Positions 37,479 to 46,923 of a stretch of 64,000 bases of DNA are shown one piece after another. The notes below the pieces were generated by a model. That model did not search any database. It worked only from the letters and a program-made list of their open reading frames with translations, and was not told where the DNA came from. The DNA comes from a virus. The DNA is taken from positions 1 to 64,000 of the IMG/VR virus record IMGVR_UViG_3300046507_000506. One strand, 5' to 3'. Numbering within the stretch: the stretch's first letter is position 1; every line of letters starts with the position of its first letter. Both the position numbers and the translations under genes were made by a program.

Positions 37479-38255
37479 TTACGCGCCTCCCATGCGCAGC
37501 AGCGTCGCCTCAATCACGCGCCGCCCGAACGCTTCGAGAATCGCATCGCCGTGATCGCCCGGCTCGACGTTCGCCAGCACGTCCTCGCTCTTCATGGAGT
37601 TGTACAGCGCGAGCAATTCCGGGCCGCTGAACTTCGCCGAACGCTGGCGCGCCGCCGTTTCGAGCGCGTGAATGAGGAACAGTGCAATCGCGTCCGCGTC
37701 CGTAAAGCCTTCGGTCACGTCGAGCGAGACGTGTATCCCTTCTTCCACGCCTGCATCAATGCAGATACGCAGGGGAGTCCGGGTAACGTCGCCCATGCGC
37801 GAATTCAGCACGAAGCTCAGGTTCGGCAGGTCCACGCGCGAGACGTATTTCGCGAGGCTATCGGCCACCTGCCCGGCGATAGTCGGCGGCGCGGGTGCAG
37901 GCGGCTCGTCCGCTACCAGTTCCACGACCGTACCGGCAGGAGCCTGAACAGTCGCGGATACCGGCTCCATGGGGCACGGGCCACGGTCGCACGAGAGCTT
38001 TTCACCCGCCACGCAACGCGCACCGCACCGCTTGCAGGCGTAGGCCGCGACCGCTTCAGGCGCATCCGCATCCTGCTGGCCTTCAACGATGGGCAGGGTG
38101 CGCGTCAATGTGCCGTCAAGTCTCACCGGACCTAGAAAATACGCCTCGCGATCAAGGCTAACTACGCCATTGAGCACGATGTGCCCGCCCCTCACCGTGA
38201 TTTCGACCGGGCCAGTGCTGTCCGGGCAGACGCGAATATTCATTACGCCGCTCAT
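37479..38255 (-). CDS. Mosaic hypothetical protein (start MSGVMN)
   Basis: ATGA coupling. Confidence 0.6.
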   Translation of the reverse strand: MSGVMNIRVCPDSTGPVEITVRGGHIVLNGVVSLDREAYFLGPVRLDGTLTRTLPIVEGQQDADAPEAVAAYACKRCGARCVAGEKLSCDRGPCPMEPVSATVQAPAGTVVELVADEPPAPAPPTIAGQVADSLAKYVSRVDLPNLSFVLNSRMGDVTRTPLRICIDAGVEEGIHVSLDVTEGFTDADAIALFLIHALETAARQRSAKFSGPELLALYNSMKSEDVLANVEPGDHGDAILEAFGRRVIEATLLRMGGA

Positions 38256-38794
38256 TGCTGCACCTGCGTCGGTTGTTGCAGGGCAATGGTGCGCTCGCAC
38301 GCGGTGCGGATCGCTTCGAGCACGAGGCGGCGCTCAGGCGTCGTCTCGACACTCAGGCCATCGGCCGCAATCGCCTGAATGATGCTCAGGTGATCGTCGC
38401 TGTGACCGAGCACGATGGACGTTTCAATGCCGCGCACGAGCCCGGCTTTCTCCATCATCCGGCCAAGCGCACGTGTCGGCATCTTGCGTGCGATCTGTGC
38501 GGCCTGAACGACAGCAGCGGGCACGACTGGCGTTGCGGGCTGCTCGGCCTCGATCACTTCCATTTGGCCGTTCGCCCACGAGTCGTCCATATCGAGCGCG
38601 TCAGCCTCCTTGACCTTGACTGCCTGCGCCTTCACGTCGGACCAGTTCATGTTGTTTTTCGCCCAGTCCAGCAGGTCCGAATCGTGCCCCGGATCGTTCG
38701 GGTAGTTCGCCCTGATATCGGCGAGCACAATCGCTGCCGGAAGATGCCACTTGCTGCCGTCAAGCGCTGTCAGTACGAGAACCTTGTTTTTCAT
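38252..38794 (-). CDS. Hypothetical phage protein
   Basis: DWAKNNMNWSDV motif. Confidence 0.7.
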   Translation of the reverse strand: MKNKVLVLTALDGSKWHLPAAIVLADIRANYPNDPGHDSDLLDWAKNNMNWSDVKAQAVKVKEADALDMDDSWANGQMEVIEAEQPATPVVPAAVVQAAQIARKMPTRALGRMMEKAGLVRGIETSIVLGHSDDHLSIIQAIAADGLSVETTPERRLVLEAIRTACERTIALQQPTQVQQ

Positions 38795-38820
38795 AGCGGG
38801 TGAGTTGGTTGGTTATGGGT

Positions 38821-39141
38821 TTAAACGGCCGCCTGAGCGGCTTGCTGCTTCTCTTGCTTCAAACGGTCCCTGCGGGCTCGAACGCGGGTCTTGATGGCGT
38901 CCGAGTTCTTCACGTAGTACTCGCGCTTGGCGTCCAGAATCCGAGCCTTGTGGCGGCCGTAGTGCTCCTTCACCGTGCGCCGCGACCGCTCGCGATTGCA
39001 CTCGCAACAGATACCGCTTTTCACGTAGTGCTCTGTCTTGTGACCATCGCGACACACGCGGCCGTCATAGAACCGGACGAGTCCCGCAGTGCGCGCATCA
39101 GCACGACTGATTATCGGGAGGGTGTTTTCCTTACTGTCCAT
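38821..39141 (-). CDS. Zn-binding DNA-binding module of HNH-endonuclease type, no nuclease domain
   Basis: SRADARTAGLVRFYDGRVCRDGH...CCEC followed by basic helix. Confidence 0.6.
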   Translation of the reverse strand: MDSKENTLPIISRADARTAGLVRFYDGRVCRDGHKTEHYVKSGICCECNRERSRRTVKEHYGRHKARILDAKREYYVKNSDAIKTRVRARRDRLKQEKQQAAQAAV

Positions 39142-39154
39142 CGGTTTTCCTAAG

Positions 39155-40714
39155 TCAATGGTCTGCGTGTTGCGCGGCCTGCGCAGCCTGCTGATTGAGT
39201 GTTGCGAGAATCCGGGCGCGCGCATCCTCCTTCGCGCCGCCAGCGGCAGGCGAATCGAAGTCCTCAGCGAGCGAGTAGTGCGCGTCTTCGAGGAACACGA
39301 ACGAGCACGTATCCCAAATGTCCGGCGACGGGATGCCGTCGGTGCGCATGTCCTCTTTCTTTGCGATCACGCGTCGGGCCTTCTCGTCATAGTGGTAAGG
39401 GATGCGCGAGCCCTGCTCAACGAGCTTGTCAACGAACGAAGCGGGCACTTCCGGCGAGATACCAAAGCGGCCTTCCTGCACGGCCCGCGTGAGGCCGCAG
39501 ATAGCCTGCGCACGCTGGTTGAAATAGCGCTCCTTGTATTCCTTGGCGAAGTTCGGGTTACCCCAGTTCACCTTGCGGTAGTTCGCAAAGCCGTCGAGGT
39601 CGAGCTGCTTGCACACCACAAGGCCCATACCGCCCGCGTCGATGAGCGCACCGGCGTTGGCGCGTTCGCGCGATTCGGTGAGCACATGGCCGTGCAGTTC
39701 GGCCGGGTTGATACTGTTCGAGAACACCGGCACAGAGACAAGCTGCGCGCGGCGCGCGTCCGGCCCGTATTCGCCCAGGCCGTTGACCTTGAACGCAGGC
39801 ATAACCGACGCGTCGCGGTAGCCGCCGCCGCCCACGTCGAGCGGCAGAAGCCAGCCGTACTGATCGCCCGGCTTGATGACTTCGAGCCCCTTGCACGCCT
39901 CGATAGCCTTGCGGCCAAGCAGGAACTTGCTGCTGTTCTCAGGGAACTCGCCGCGCACCTTGATGGAGTACTCCTCCTCGGTGTACTGCTGTTTCTTTTC
40001 CGCGATGAACTCGGCGGACACAATCGGCGAATCCTCGCTGTTGAAAACGAGGTTGTTCCACCGGCCGCCCTTTCCGATAGAGAGCTTGTGGTGCGTGTCG
40101 TAGAAGAAACCGGACGGCCGCGTAGGCTGCGAGGCAATCGCCATGCGGTTGCGCTTGTCCGTCAGCGAGCCGGTGATGACGCCAAAGTTCTCATCCGTGA
40201 TACCGCTCGCCTCGTCGCCGAGCCAAAGCAACCAGTCGCGGTGAGCCCCCGCCAAATTTTCAGGGGAGCCGCGCGGGGCCGTCTTTGCGATGACAAACCA
40301 GTTCGCCTTGAAACCCTTCACAAAGACGCGCTCTGTCTCAATGGTGAAGTAGTCCCATATCCACGCCTGGCGGCCGTTCTGAATCTTTGCCGAGAGGTCG
40401 GCGAACTCCTTCCAGACGCCGTCCGACACGGTCGAGATTTTCGGCGCAGTGAGGATGGTGTTCGAGAGGAAGTAGCAGAGCAGGTGCCACAGGGCGATGA
40501 TGGCAAAGCCCGACGTCTTACCCGTACCGTGGCCGGACGATACCGACGTGCGCGAGCCCGGATCGCTGACGCTGTCAAACAGGTCGATCTGCTGCCACGT
40601 CGGCTTGAGCCCGCATACCTCAATGGCAAAGCGGGTGCAGTCGAACGCGTACCGCTGCACGAACTCCTTGTAGCGCGGGTCCGCAGGCAGAAAGATGCGT
40701 GCTTTTGTTGCCAC
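39155..40714 (-). CDS. pacB: Terminase large subunit, P1 PacB-like
   Basis: SVSSGHGTGKT Walker A, DEASG Walker B, DVGGG and SPDIWD nuclease motifs. Confidence 0.92.
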   Translation of the reverse strand: MATKARIFLPADPRYKEFVQRYAFDCTRFAIEVCGLKPTWQQIDLFDSVSDPGSRTSVSSGHGTGKTSGFAIIALWHLLCYFLSNTILTAPKISTVSDGVWKEFADLSAKIQNGRQAWIWDYFTIETERVFVKGFKANWFVIAKTAPRGSPENLAGAHRDWLLWLGDEASGITDENFGVITGSLTDKRNRMAIASQPTRPSGFFYDTHHKLSIGKGGRWNNLVFNSEDSPIVSAEFIAEKKQQYTEEEYSIKVRGEFPENSSKFLLGRKAIEACKGLEVIKPGDQYGWLLPLDVGGGGYRDASVMPAFKVNGLGEYGPDARRAQLVSVPVFSNSINPAELHGHVLTESRERANAGALIDAGGMGLVVCKQLDLDGFANYRKVNWGNPNFAKEYKERYFNQRAQAICGLTRAVQEGRFGISPEVPASFVDKLVEQGSRIPYHYDEKARRVIAKKEDMRTDGIPSPDIWDTCSFVFLEDAHYSLAEDFDSPAAGGAKEDARARILATLNQQAAQAAQHADH

Positions 40715-41635
40715 TTACTCGCCCTGCCCGGCCATCTGCGATTCAGCCTGAGCCTGACGGCGGCGCGCGGCCACTGAGTTCCGCCCGGCCTCAGCATTCG
40801 CGATTCCCTCCTGATAGACCTTGTCCAGTTCATCGGCGGTTGCCTGCGTCACAGTCGCCGTCACGGTCTGATCGATCTGATCGCGCCAGCCCGCAATATT
40901 CTTCAGCGCAAGGTTGGCAATCCGCGACTCATAGAGCCCGCCAAGTCCACCCTCAGTGAGCAATGCGGCTTGCAGGTCGCGCGCGCGCGCGTAGGTGTAA
41001 GAAAATTCCGGGTGCCTGAGTGTCACACCGTCCTCAGTCACGGACGTTGCCCAGTCATGCAGGGTCTGCCGGGTGACGTCGATTGAGTCGGCGAAGCGTT
41101 CGAGTGTCGGAAAGCGATTGACGACCGTTTCAGTCACGGTGACGGGCCTGCCGTCCTTATCCTGCTTGGTGACCTCTACCTGTTTCTCCAGGTCAATGCG
41201 AAAGTACGATAGCAGCATGTCGCAGAACTCGTCGCGGTAGACAGTCGGGCGCCCTACCCTGCGTTTCTCTACCGGTGCGGCAGTCGATGCAGGCTCTACA
41301 GGCGGTTTGCCTGCCTTGGGTGCGGCCTTACCCTTTGCGGGCGTCTTGGCGGCTGTCTTGCGCGCCGCCGTGCGCTTTTCCTTGCTATCCTGTGCGGCTG
41401 GCTTCTGTGCTGCCTTACGCGCGGGCCGCTTCTTTGCCTCGCCATCCGGCCAATCCGTCACCGTGTGCGTGGGCGGCACCTTGCGCGGCTTCTTTCCCGG
41501 CGCGTGCTCGATCACTCCATCGCGCGAATGAACCGCCACCGTCTCGCCCCTCGCGTTAGCCTGAGCAATTTCCTTCTTCAGCGCGGTCGTCTTGCCTGCG
41601 CGCCGCCCGCCCGTCGTGATTGTTTTCGTTGCCAT
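40715..41635 (-). CDS. pacA: Terminase small subunit (PacA position)
   Basis: GRPTVYRDEF, PTLERFA..IDVTRQTLHDW, HPEFS; directly upstream of TerL. Confidence 0.8.
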   Translation of the reverse strand: MATKTITTGGRRAGKTTALKKEIAQANARGETVAVHSRDGVIEHAPGKKPRKVPPTHTVTDWPDGEAKKRPARKAAQKPAAQDSKEKRTAARKTAAKTPAKGKAAPKAGKPPVEPASTAAPVEKRRVGRPTVYRDEFCDMLLSYFRIDLEKQVEVTKQDKDGRPVTVTETVVNRFPTLERFADSIDVTRQTLHDWATSVTEDGVTLRHPEFSYTYARARDLQAALLTEGGLGGLYESRIANLALKNIAGWRDQIDQTVTATVTQATADELDKVYQEGIANAEAGRNSVAARRRQAQAESQMAGQGE

Positions 41636-41650
41636 GCTGTGTGTGCGTGA

Positions 41651-42469
41651 TTAGTTTCTGAGATCAAGCGATATCTGTTGCAGCCGCTGTTTCTGCCTGC
41701 GACCTAGCCGCTTGCCGCTCGCCGCGCGAATCTCTAGCTCGGACGCGAACGGCACCGGGCATGCGCGGCCGGACTCGACGTCGTCGGTGTAGCGTTCAGT
41801 GAGGTAGGGAATTGCCGTCGAGCGACCGCTGCGCAGGTCATCGATATAGGTTTCGATGGAGCGGTAGTGACTGACCTTCTGGCGTAACGGTGCGACAGCG
41901 CGCGCGAGGTCCGTTGCGGCGGCAACAAGCGTCGCGCTCCCCTGCACGTCATCGAGCCCGAATCGCTTGCGCATGGTCGTGAGCGCGCGGTCGATACGCT
42001 CTGCCGCGTCCGTGACGCGCGTGAAATCGTCCTGGACGGGCTGCGTCTGGTTGGTGTACTGGATCATGGCCGTCGCGAACTGTGCGGCGACCTGCCCCAA
42101 TATCGACTCAGCCCCGCGCATGAGGGCGTGCTGATGAGCAACGCGCGAGTCAAACTCCGTGTGCGGTGAGAGTCCGAGCAGAAAGTCCGTCGAGACGGCA
42201 TAGACATGCGCGGCCTGCCGCAGGAACTGATGATCGCGCGGCGTGGGCCGCTCGCCGGACTCGATGAGGCTAATCTGCGTCGAGTTCTTGTAGCCAAAGT
42301 GCCCGGCCGCCTCGACGGCGGTCATACCCGACAGCACCCGCGCAACGATCAGGTTATAGCGCAGCGTTTCCAGTTCCTCAGGCTTGTTCTTGTTGCGCAC
42401 GAAGCGCCGCAGAGCCTGTTTCACCTGTGCATCACGTTGCGCGTCTGTGACGGCTGTTCTGTTTTTCAT
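41651..42469 (-). CDS. XRE-HTH regulator in the position of P1 lpa; candidate late activator
   Basis: ARVLSGMTAVEAAGHFGYKNSTQISLIESG...VSTDFLLGL. Confidence 0.7.
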   Translation of the reverse strand: MKNRTAVTDAQRDAQVKQALRRFVRNKNKPEELETLRYNLIVARVLSGMTAVEAAGHFGYKNSTQISLIESGERPTPRDHQFLRQAAHVYAVSTDFLLGLSPHTEFDSRVAHQHALMRGAESILGQVAAQFATAMIQYTNQTQPVQDDFTRVTDAAERIDRALTTMRKRFGLDDVQGSATLVAAATDLARAVAPLRQKVSHYRSIETYIDDLRSGRSTAIPYLTERYTDDVESGRACPVPFASELEIRAASGKRLGRRQKQRLQQISLDLRN

Positions 42470-42939
42470 CCAACGAACCCCAGTATGCGGTCTACCTTCT
42501 CATTGACTACCGCGTCCAGTTGGGCGCGGGTGTATCGACACAGCACTTTTTGCAGCAACACATTCGCCGCCGCGCTGTACAGCTTTTCGAAGTCTTCTTC
42601 TTCCATCGAGCCGAAACTGATGCTCTGCGGCGTCACGCGCACACGGCCGCTCAGGCTCGTGCTCACGTCGAAATAGCCCGCAGAGATGGTCACATTCGCG
42701 CGGAACTGTTTGAAATTGGTCTGTACCTCGAATCCCTTGTATTCCGTCATGGGCGGCTCCCACGACTCGAAACCGACCTGCAACAGGGCAAAGAACTTGC
42801 GCAGAAAGCGCGGATTGCGCACGCGCTTCATGTCGGCGCGGATCAGCTTGCCGACGGGCAGCTTGGCCGCGAGTTCGGCCTGTTCGGCGTCGGCGGGCAC
42901 GAACGAGCCGTCCGCGCGTTTGATAAGCAGCACTTCCAC
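42466..42939 (-). CDS. DUF1367 family protein
   Basis: RNPRFLRKFFALL, PQSISFGSMEEEDFEKLY. Confidence 0.85.
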   Translation of the reverse strand: MEVLLIKRADGSFVPADAEQAELAAKLPVGKLIRADMKRVRNPRFLRKFFALLQVGFESWEPPMTEYKGFEVQTNFKQFRANVTISAGYFDVSTSLSGRVRVTPQSISFGSMEEEDFEKLYSAAANVLLQKVLCRYTRAQLDAVVNEKVDRILGFVG

Positions 42940-42942
42940 GGC

Positions 42943-43434
42943 TCAGACCTCGCGCACGAGCAGGCTGTGCTCGCTCATCATCAAGTGCTTTTTGATGCGG
43001 TATTCAGGCGTGCTCATGCCCTTGGCGTCCTCTACGACCATTTCTCCCACCTCGCCGAGTTCGCACTCCTCGCGGACGATGTAGACGAAGTCAGCGTAGT
43101 AGCGCAGCGCGGGCTTCTTACGCTTGCCGCCGAGGTCCACCGCAGGCGCGAGAACAAAGCGCACCTGGCATTGCAGGTCGCTGATCGTCCCGGCGAGTTG
43201 CAGCAGCACCAGTTCGCTGTACCGGTTTGCTTCACGCATGCTGGCGAATACGCGCTCGCCGATGGCCACGCGCTTGTTGCCGTACTTGGGAGTTGACGCG
43301 GGCACAGCCCCATCGTCGCGACGCTCACGCGCCGCCGCGTTGCGCTGCATGGCAGCGAACTGCGCTTCTGTGAGGCGCTTGCGCGGGCGCTTGTCGCGGC
43401 TTTTGATCCGGCGCATCTGCGACTTATTCACCAC
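42943..43434 (-). CDS. DUF1064 PD-(D/E)XK nuclease
   Basis: KYGNKR, FASMREA, YYADFVY, VVEDAKG. Confidence 0.85.
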   Translation of the reverse strand: MVNKSQMRRIKSRDKRPRKRLTEAQFAAMQRNAAARERRDDGAVPASTPKYGNKRVAIGERVFASMREANRYSELVLLQLAGTISDLQCQVRFVLAPAVDLGGKRKKPALRYYADFVYIVREECELGEVGEMVVEDAKGMSTPEYRIKKHLMMSEHSLLVREV

Positions 43435-43660
43435 GCACGCCCCGCTTCAGCCAGTAGGTGCGCACGCCCATGAGCCATGCGCCCGTATAGAAAACGGACA
43501 GCAGGAACATGCCCCATTGCCCGGCGTTGCACGTTGCATAGAGCCAGAAAGGCTGACCGGCGAGCCCGATCAGGCAGGCGACGCGGCTCGCTTTCAGACT
43601 TCCCACTTGCGTGAGCCATATCGCGAGCGCGCCGGACAACAGAATCACCGCTTGAACCAT
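43424..43660 (-). CDS. Small PnuC-like membrane protein
   Basis: GLAGQPFW...QWGMF. Confidence 0.65.
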   Translation of the reverse strand: MVQAVILLSGALAIWLTQVGSLKASRVACLIGLAGQPFWLYATCNAGQWGMFLLSVFYTGAWLMGVRTYWLKRGVRGE

Positions 43661-43700
43661 GTATCACGCCCTATAAACGCTTCTATACGTGCGATACATT

Positions 43701-43718
43701 ATATAGACGCGTCTATAT
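43701..43718. promoter_or_regulatory. Perfect palindromic operator ATATAGACGCGTCTATAT
   Basis: ATAGAC-N2-GTCTAT family. Confidence 0.7.
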
Positions 43719-43724
43719 CAGCGG

Positions 43725-43952
43725 TTAAATTTTTTTGGCTAGGAGACTTTCGATAGCGGGCATCGTTTCCGGGTCGTTCTCCTCGATCATTGGGAGCAGG
43801 TCAATAAGCGCGCTCTCTAATGCCCGTATGCGTTTGCGGTCATCATCAACTGCGCGCGTGTTCAAGCGCCGGTCATAGCTGCGCAAGGTGTTTTCCAGCA
43901 TCGAAATGCGATTGCGCAGGATTGCCTCAACGCTCATTACATCAATAGACAT
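43725..43952 (-). CDS. Hypothetical protein; start codon inside an operator palindrome
   Basis: AGGAG RBS; AATAGACATGTCTATT at 43944-43959. Confidence 0.65.
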   Translation of the reverse strand: MSIDVMSVEAILRNRISMLENTLRSYDRRLNTRAVDDDRKRIRALESALIDLLPMIEENDPETMPAIESLLAKKI

Positions 43953-43954
43953 GT

Positions 43955-44200
43955 CTATTTTCTCCTTTCCGGCTGACCGGTTTTCGCCCGTTGCTCGACG
44001 CCGCGCTGATATTCCGCCTTCACGAGTTCGATCACGGCCGTGAGCGATTCCCGGCCGCCGCGCTCCTCAATGCGCGCGTATTCGCGCCGCCGCCGCTCCT
44101 TCGGCATGTTCGCGAGCAGCCTGATCTGACAGCACCGGCAGAAGTTGCTATAGAGCCCGGAAAACTTCTCATCGAGCGGGCAGCGTGTCAGTGCATCCAC
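43955..44200 (-). CDS. Cys-containing hypothetical protein
   Basis: CRCCQIRLLA. Confidence 0.55.
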   Translation of the reverse strand: MDALTRCPLDEKFSGLYSNFCRCCQIRLLANMPKERRRREYARIEERGGRESLTAVIELVKAEYQRGVEQRAKTGQPERRK

Positions 44201-44430
44201 CGCCGCTCTCCCGTTCGCGTGAGTTCGTGCTCGCTCGCACACAACACCTCACCCGTCTCCTCGAACTGCACGTCATACACGCCGCCGAACGTCTCCAGTG
44301 CGTCGCCATTGGCCAGATGCATGCCGAGGTATCGCATGCGCACCGTGCAGAGCTTGCCGACGAGGCGATGCAACGCGGTGCGGCGCGGCCGGTACACGAG
44401 CGTCTCCTCAACCTCATAGGCGAAGTGCAT
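44188..44430 (-). CDS. Hypothetical SH3-like protein (start MHFAYE)
   Basis: TGATG coupling, GAGGTG RBS. Confidence 0.55.
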   Translation of the reverse strand: MHFAYEVEETLVYRPRRTALHRLVGKLCTVRMRYLGMHLANGDALETFGGVYDVQFEETGEVLCASEHELTRTGERRWMH

Positions 44431-45554
44431 CACGCGCTCACCTCGTCGGGCGTGCACAGGTGCGCGCGACACGCGTTGCGATCCATGTAGTAAGGAAAAT
44501 GCGGATCGATGCGCACGGCGGGCGCGCTGCACTGCGCGCACGTCTCGATGTGCCTGTTCTGCATGCGGGCATCGGCAATCAGCATCGTCTCGCACGCGGA
44601 CCAATCCTTATCCGGCACATAGCACTCGTCTTCGCCCATTGCGCGGAAGCCCTGACCCACGCGCGGGGCGTCGTAGTACTCGCCTCGCGCGAGCCGGTTG
44701 ACGGCGTTCTGGAGCAGGCGCACGGCGGCGGCATCGCACGGCGCGACGTACGAGCCGATGAACGCACAGGCGCGCGGCTTCTCATCCTCAGTCCAGTGCG
44801 CCCGGTAATCGTCCAGGCGCACGACGGTGCCGACGGGCAGACGCTGGCACAACACGTCACCCTCTTTCGTTCGTACGTTCAGCGTGCTCATGCCGTCGGT
44901 GAGCGCCACGAGGTACACGTAGCCAGTCGCATCGACGTGCTCGCCGACGTGCCGCCCCCATCCGTACAGCTCGACCTTCTGCGTGTTGACCGTACCCACC
45001 ACAACATCGCCTTCAGGGCGGTCCTCTCTCGTGTCGAGCACGTACGCGGCGGCGAGCGCTTCGGTCACGAACCGGTGCGCGGCGACGGTGTCAGCGACCT
45101 CGATGCGGCCCACCACTTCCAATGGGCTCACGGCCGGAATGCGCACGCCAGCGCGCCGCACGTATTCGATGCAGTCGGCGCGCGTCATGCCGCGATCTGC
45201 GAGCACGGCATACACCGCAAAACCGTTGTACGCATTCATGTACGCGTCATAGCGGCCCTGCTCCTCAACGGGCACACCGATCACATGCGCATCAGTGTCG
45301 AGCCGGTAGAGGCCCGTCTGATCGACCACGGTAAGCGGCTCGGTGATCGCGGCGGCCGGGTCATTCAGCAGCACGACGGGCACACCAAGCCAGTCCATCG
45401 CGTCGATCAGGTAATGCGCGTCTATCTCGGCGCGCAGCGCGACGACTACGAGCGGCAGGGTCTGCGCGCTGTGCTCGTTCTCGCGTATCGCGAGCTTCGT
45501 CGCGGCGAGTGAGGCGGGGTCATTGGTGAGCCAGCAAACGATGCGACGGGTCAT
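44430..45554 (-). CDS. Degenerate PAPS-reductase/PP-loop-like domain fused to a putative 2OG-Fe(II) cupin and Zn ribbon
   Basis: RIVCWLTNDPASLAATKLAI; EHVD...AHW; CAQC...CRAH. Confidence 0.55.
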   Translation of the reverse strand: MTRRIVCWLTNDPASLAATKLAIRENEHSAQTLPLVVVALRAEIDAHYLIDAMDWLGVPVVLLNDPAAAITEPLTVVDQTGLYRLDTDAHVIGVPVEEQGRYDAYMNAYNGFAVYAVLADRGMTRADCIEYVRRAGVRIPAVSPLEVVGRIEVADTVAAHRFVTEALAAAYVLDTREDRPEGDVVVGTVNTQKVELYGWGRHVGEHVDATGYVYLVALTDGMSTLNVRTKEGDVLCQRLPVGTVVRLDDYRAHWTEDEKPRACAFIGSYVAPCDAAAVRLLQNAVNRLARGEYYDAPRVGQGFRAMGEDECYVPDKDWSACETMLIADARMQNRHIETCAQCSAPAVRIDPHFPYYMDRNACRAHLCTPDEVSA

Positions 45555-46477
45555 TACGCGGAGTCTCCGGTCAGGTGTTTGGGAACGCTGGTGCGCCGGG
45601 CGAGGTCGCGCAGAGCGGCGCGGGCTTCTTCCGGCATGGGTGCGCGGGCAGCAGCGTCCGGCACCGGATCAAGGGGAGTAACGGGTTGTGCGCGCGGCGT
45701 GGGCGGCTTGCCGCCGTTGTCGATAGCGGCGCGAATGCGCGCATGCCACGAATCATTCGACTCGCCGCTGTGCGCCGGGCCTACGCCCACCTCGATAGCT
45801 TTCGCGAGCGCAGTCTCTGGCGAACGGAACCAGCCAGCGTTTGCCTGACGCACTGCCTCTGGATTGCTCAACGGGTTGCGGCACCAGTTGCGCCACGTCG
45901 CGAACCAGTCTTTCATCGGCTTGCCGGTAGCGAGCCAGTGATCGTGAAAAATCTCGGCGGTCAGGCGGATATGGTCGGCATCCCACCCGCCGCGCTTTTG
46001 CAGACGTTCATCGGCGAGCGCCCATTCGCCCCATTTTTTCGGCAATTTCCAATCATCTGGAAGCGCCGCGCGCTTCTTACGGTTGGTTGATGATTGTTGG
46101 TGGTTATTTGCGGGTGCACCACTTGTTGCACCCTTTCTGCCGCCAACTGCACCCTTTTCGTCGTCGCTTGCACCGTTTTCGCGGGGTGCAATTTCTGCAC
46201 CCTTTAACCAGTCGGGGTTGATGACGTACTCATTCGACATGTTGCGACCGCCGTTACCGGCATTCACAAGAATGATGAAGCCATCGCCCTCCATCTTGCG
46301 AAGCTGGTATTGAACCGTACGCACCGACTGACGCGTCTTCTTTGCCAGTGTTGCGACTTTCGGCCAAATGTGCGTACCGTCGTCGTGTGCGTGATCGGCG
46401 AGCGCGAGCGCGAGCGTCAACTCGCCGCCGCCGTTTGGGTAGCGCTGCCACACCTGCGATGAAACAAAAACACTCAC
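45554..46477 (-). CDS. Lytic replication initiator (N-terminal wHTH, lambda O/RepL-analogous)
   Basis: LALADHAHDDG..IWPKVATLAKKTRQSVRTVQ; C-terminal FHDHW...DWFATWRNW. Confidence 0.8.
   Translation of the reverse strand: MSVFVSSQVWQRYPNGGGELTLALALADHAHDDGTHIWPKVATLAKKTRQSVRTVQYQLRKMEGDGFIILVNAGNGGRNMSNEYVINPDWLKGAEIAPRENGASDDEKGAVGGRKGATSGAPANNHQQSSTNRKKRAALPDDWKLPKKWGEWALADERLQKRGGWDADHIRLTAEIFHDHWLATGKPMKDWFATWRNWCRNPLSNPEAVRQANAGWFRSPETALAKAIEVGVGPAHSGESNDSWHARIRAAIDNGGKPPTPRAQPVTPLDPVPDAAARAPMPEEARAALRDLARRTSVPKHLTGDSA
46115..46201 (-). repeat. GGTGCA direct repeats inside initiator gene (putative lytic origin)
   Basis: TGCACC on + at 46115, 46127, 46148, 46169, 46196. Confidence 0.65.
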
Positions 46478-46923
46478 TGCTCTACCCCGCTACGTCTTGT
46501 CACTGTCACTTCAATTTGCGCACGCATGTCATAGCTCGCGATCTGCGCGCCGCGCATGCAATGCTCCTCCCACGCCGCCAGGTCGGCCGCACTCATCGCG
46601 CTCGTTCGGATGCGCTGCGATTCGGGCACGAATCCTCGCCGGGCTGACTGGTCAATGTTGAGGATCGGCTGTAGATCGGCAATCGCGTCCGCCTCTGCTT
46701 TCAGCGCTTCGCGCTTGCTTTTGAACGTGACGAACGTATAGCCCTCATAGTCCGCCCACGCGGCACGCGCGTGCTTCGCGATGCGCTGAGGCAAGTCCTT
46801 TGTGTATCCGACGTAGACGACTTTGCCAGCCGTCCACAAGGCATAAACGCAATATGTATCGCGATGCAGCGGGATGAGCGACGCATCGTTGAGCAGGCGA
46901 TCCCGAAAATCCTCACCTTTCAT
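46474..46923 (-). CDS. GIY-YIG nuclease
   Basis: CVYAL...VYVGYT...RIAKH...E...P.LN. Confidence 0.8.
   Translation of the reverse strand: MKGEDFRDRLLNDASLIPLHRDTYCVYALWTAGKVVYVGYTKDLPQRIAKHARAAWADYEGYTFVTFKSKREALKAEADAIADLQPILNIDQSARRGFVPESQRIRTSAMSAADLAAWEEHCMRGAQIASYDMRAQIEVTVTRRSGVEQ

Noticed and set aside
40869-40883. GATC cluster (TGATCGATCTGATCG) in pacA as P1-type pac site
   Set aside because: Only three sites, explained by the codons for DQIDQ; no second cluster as in P1 pac.
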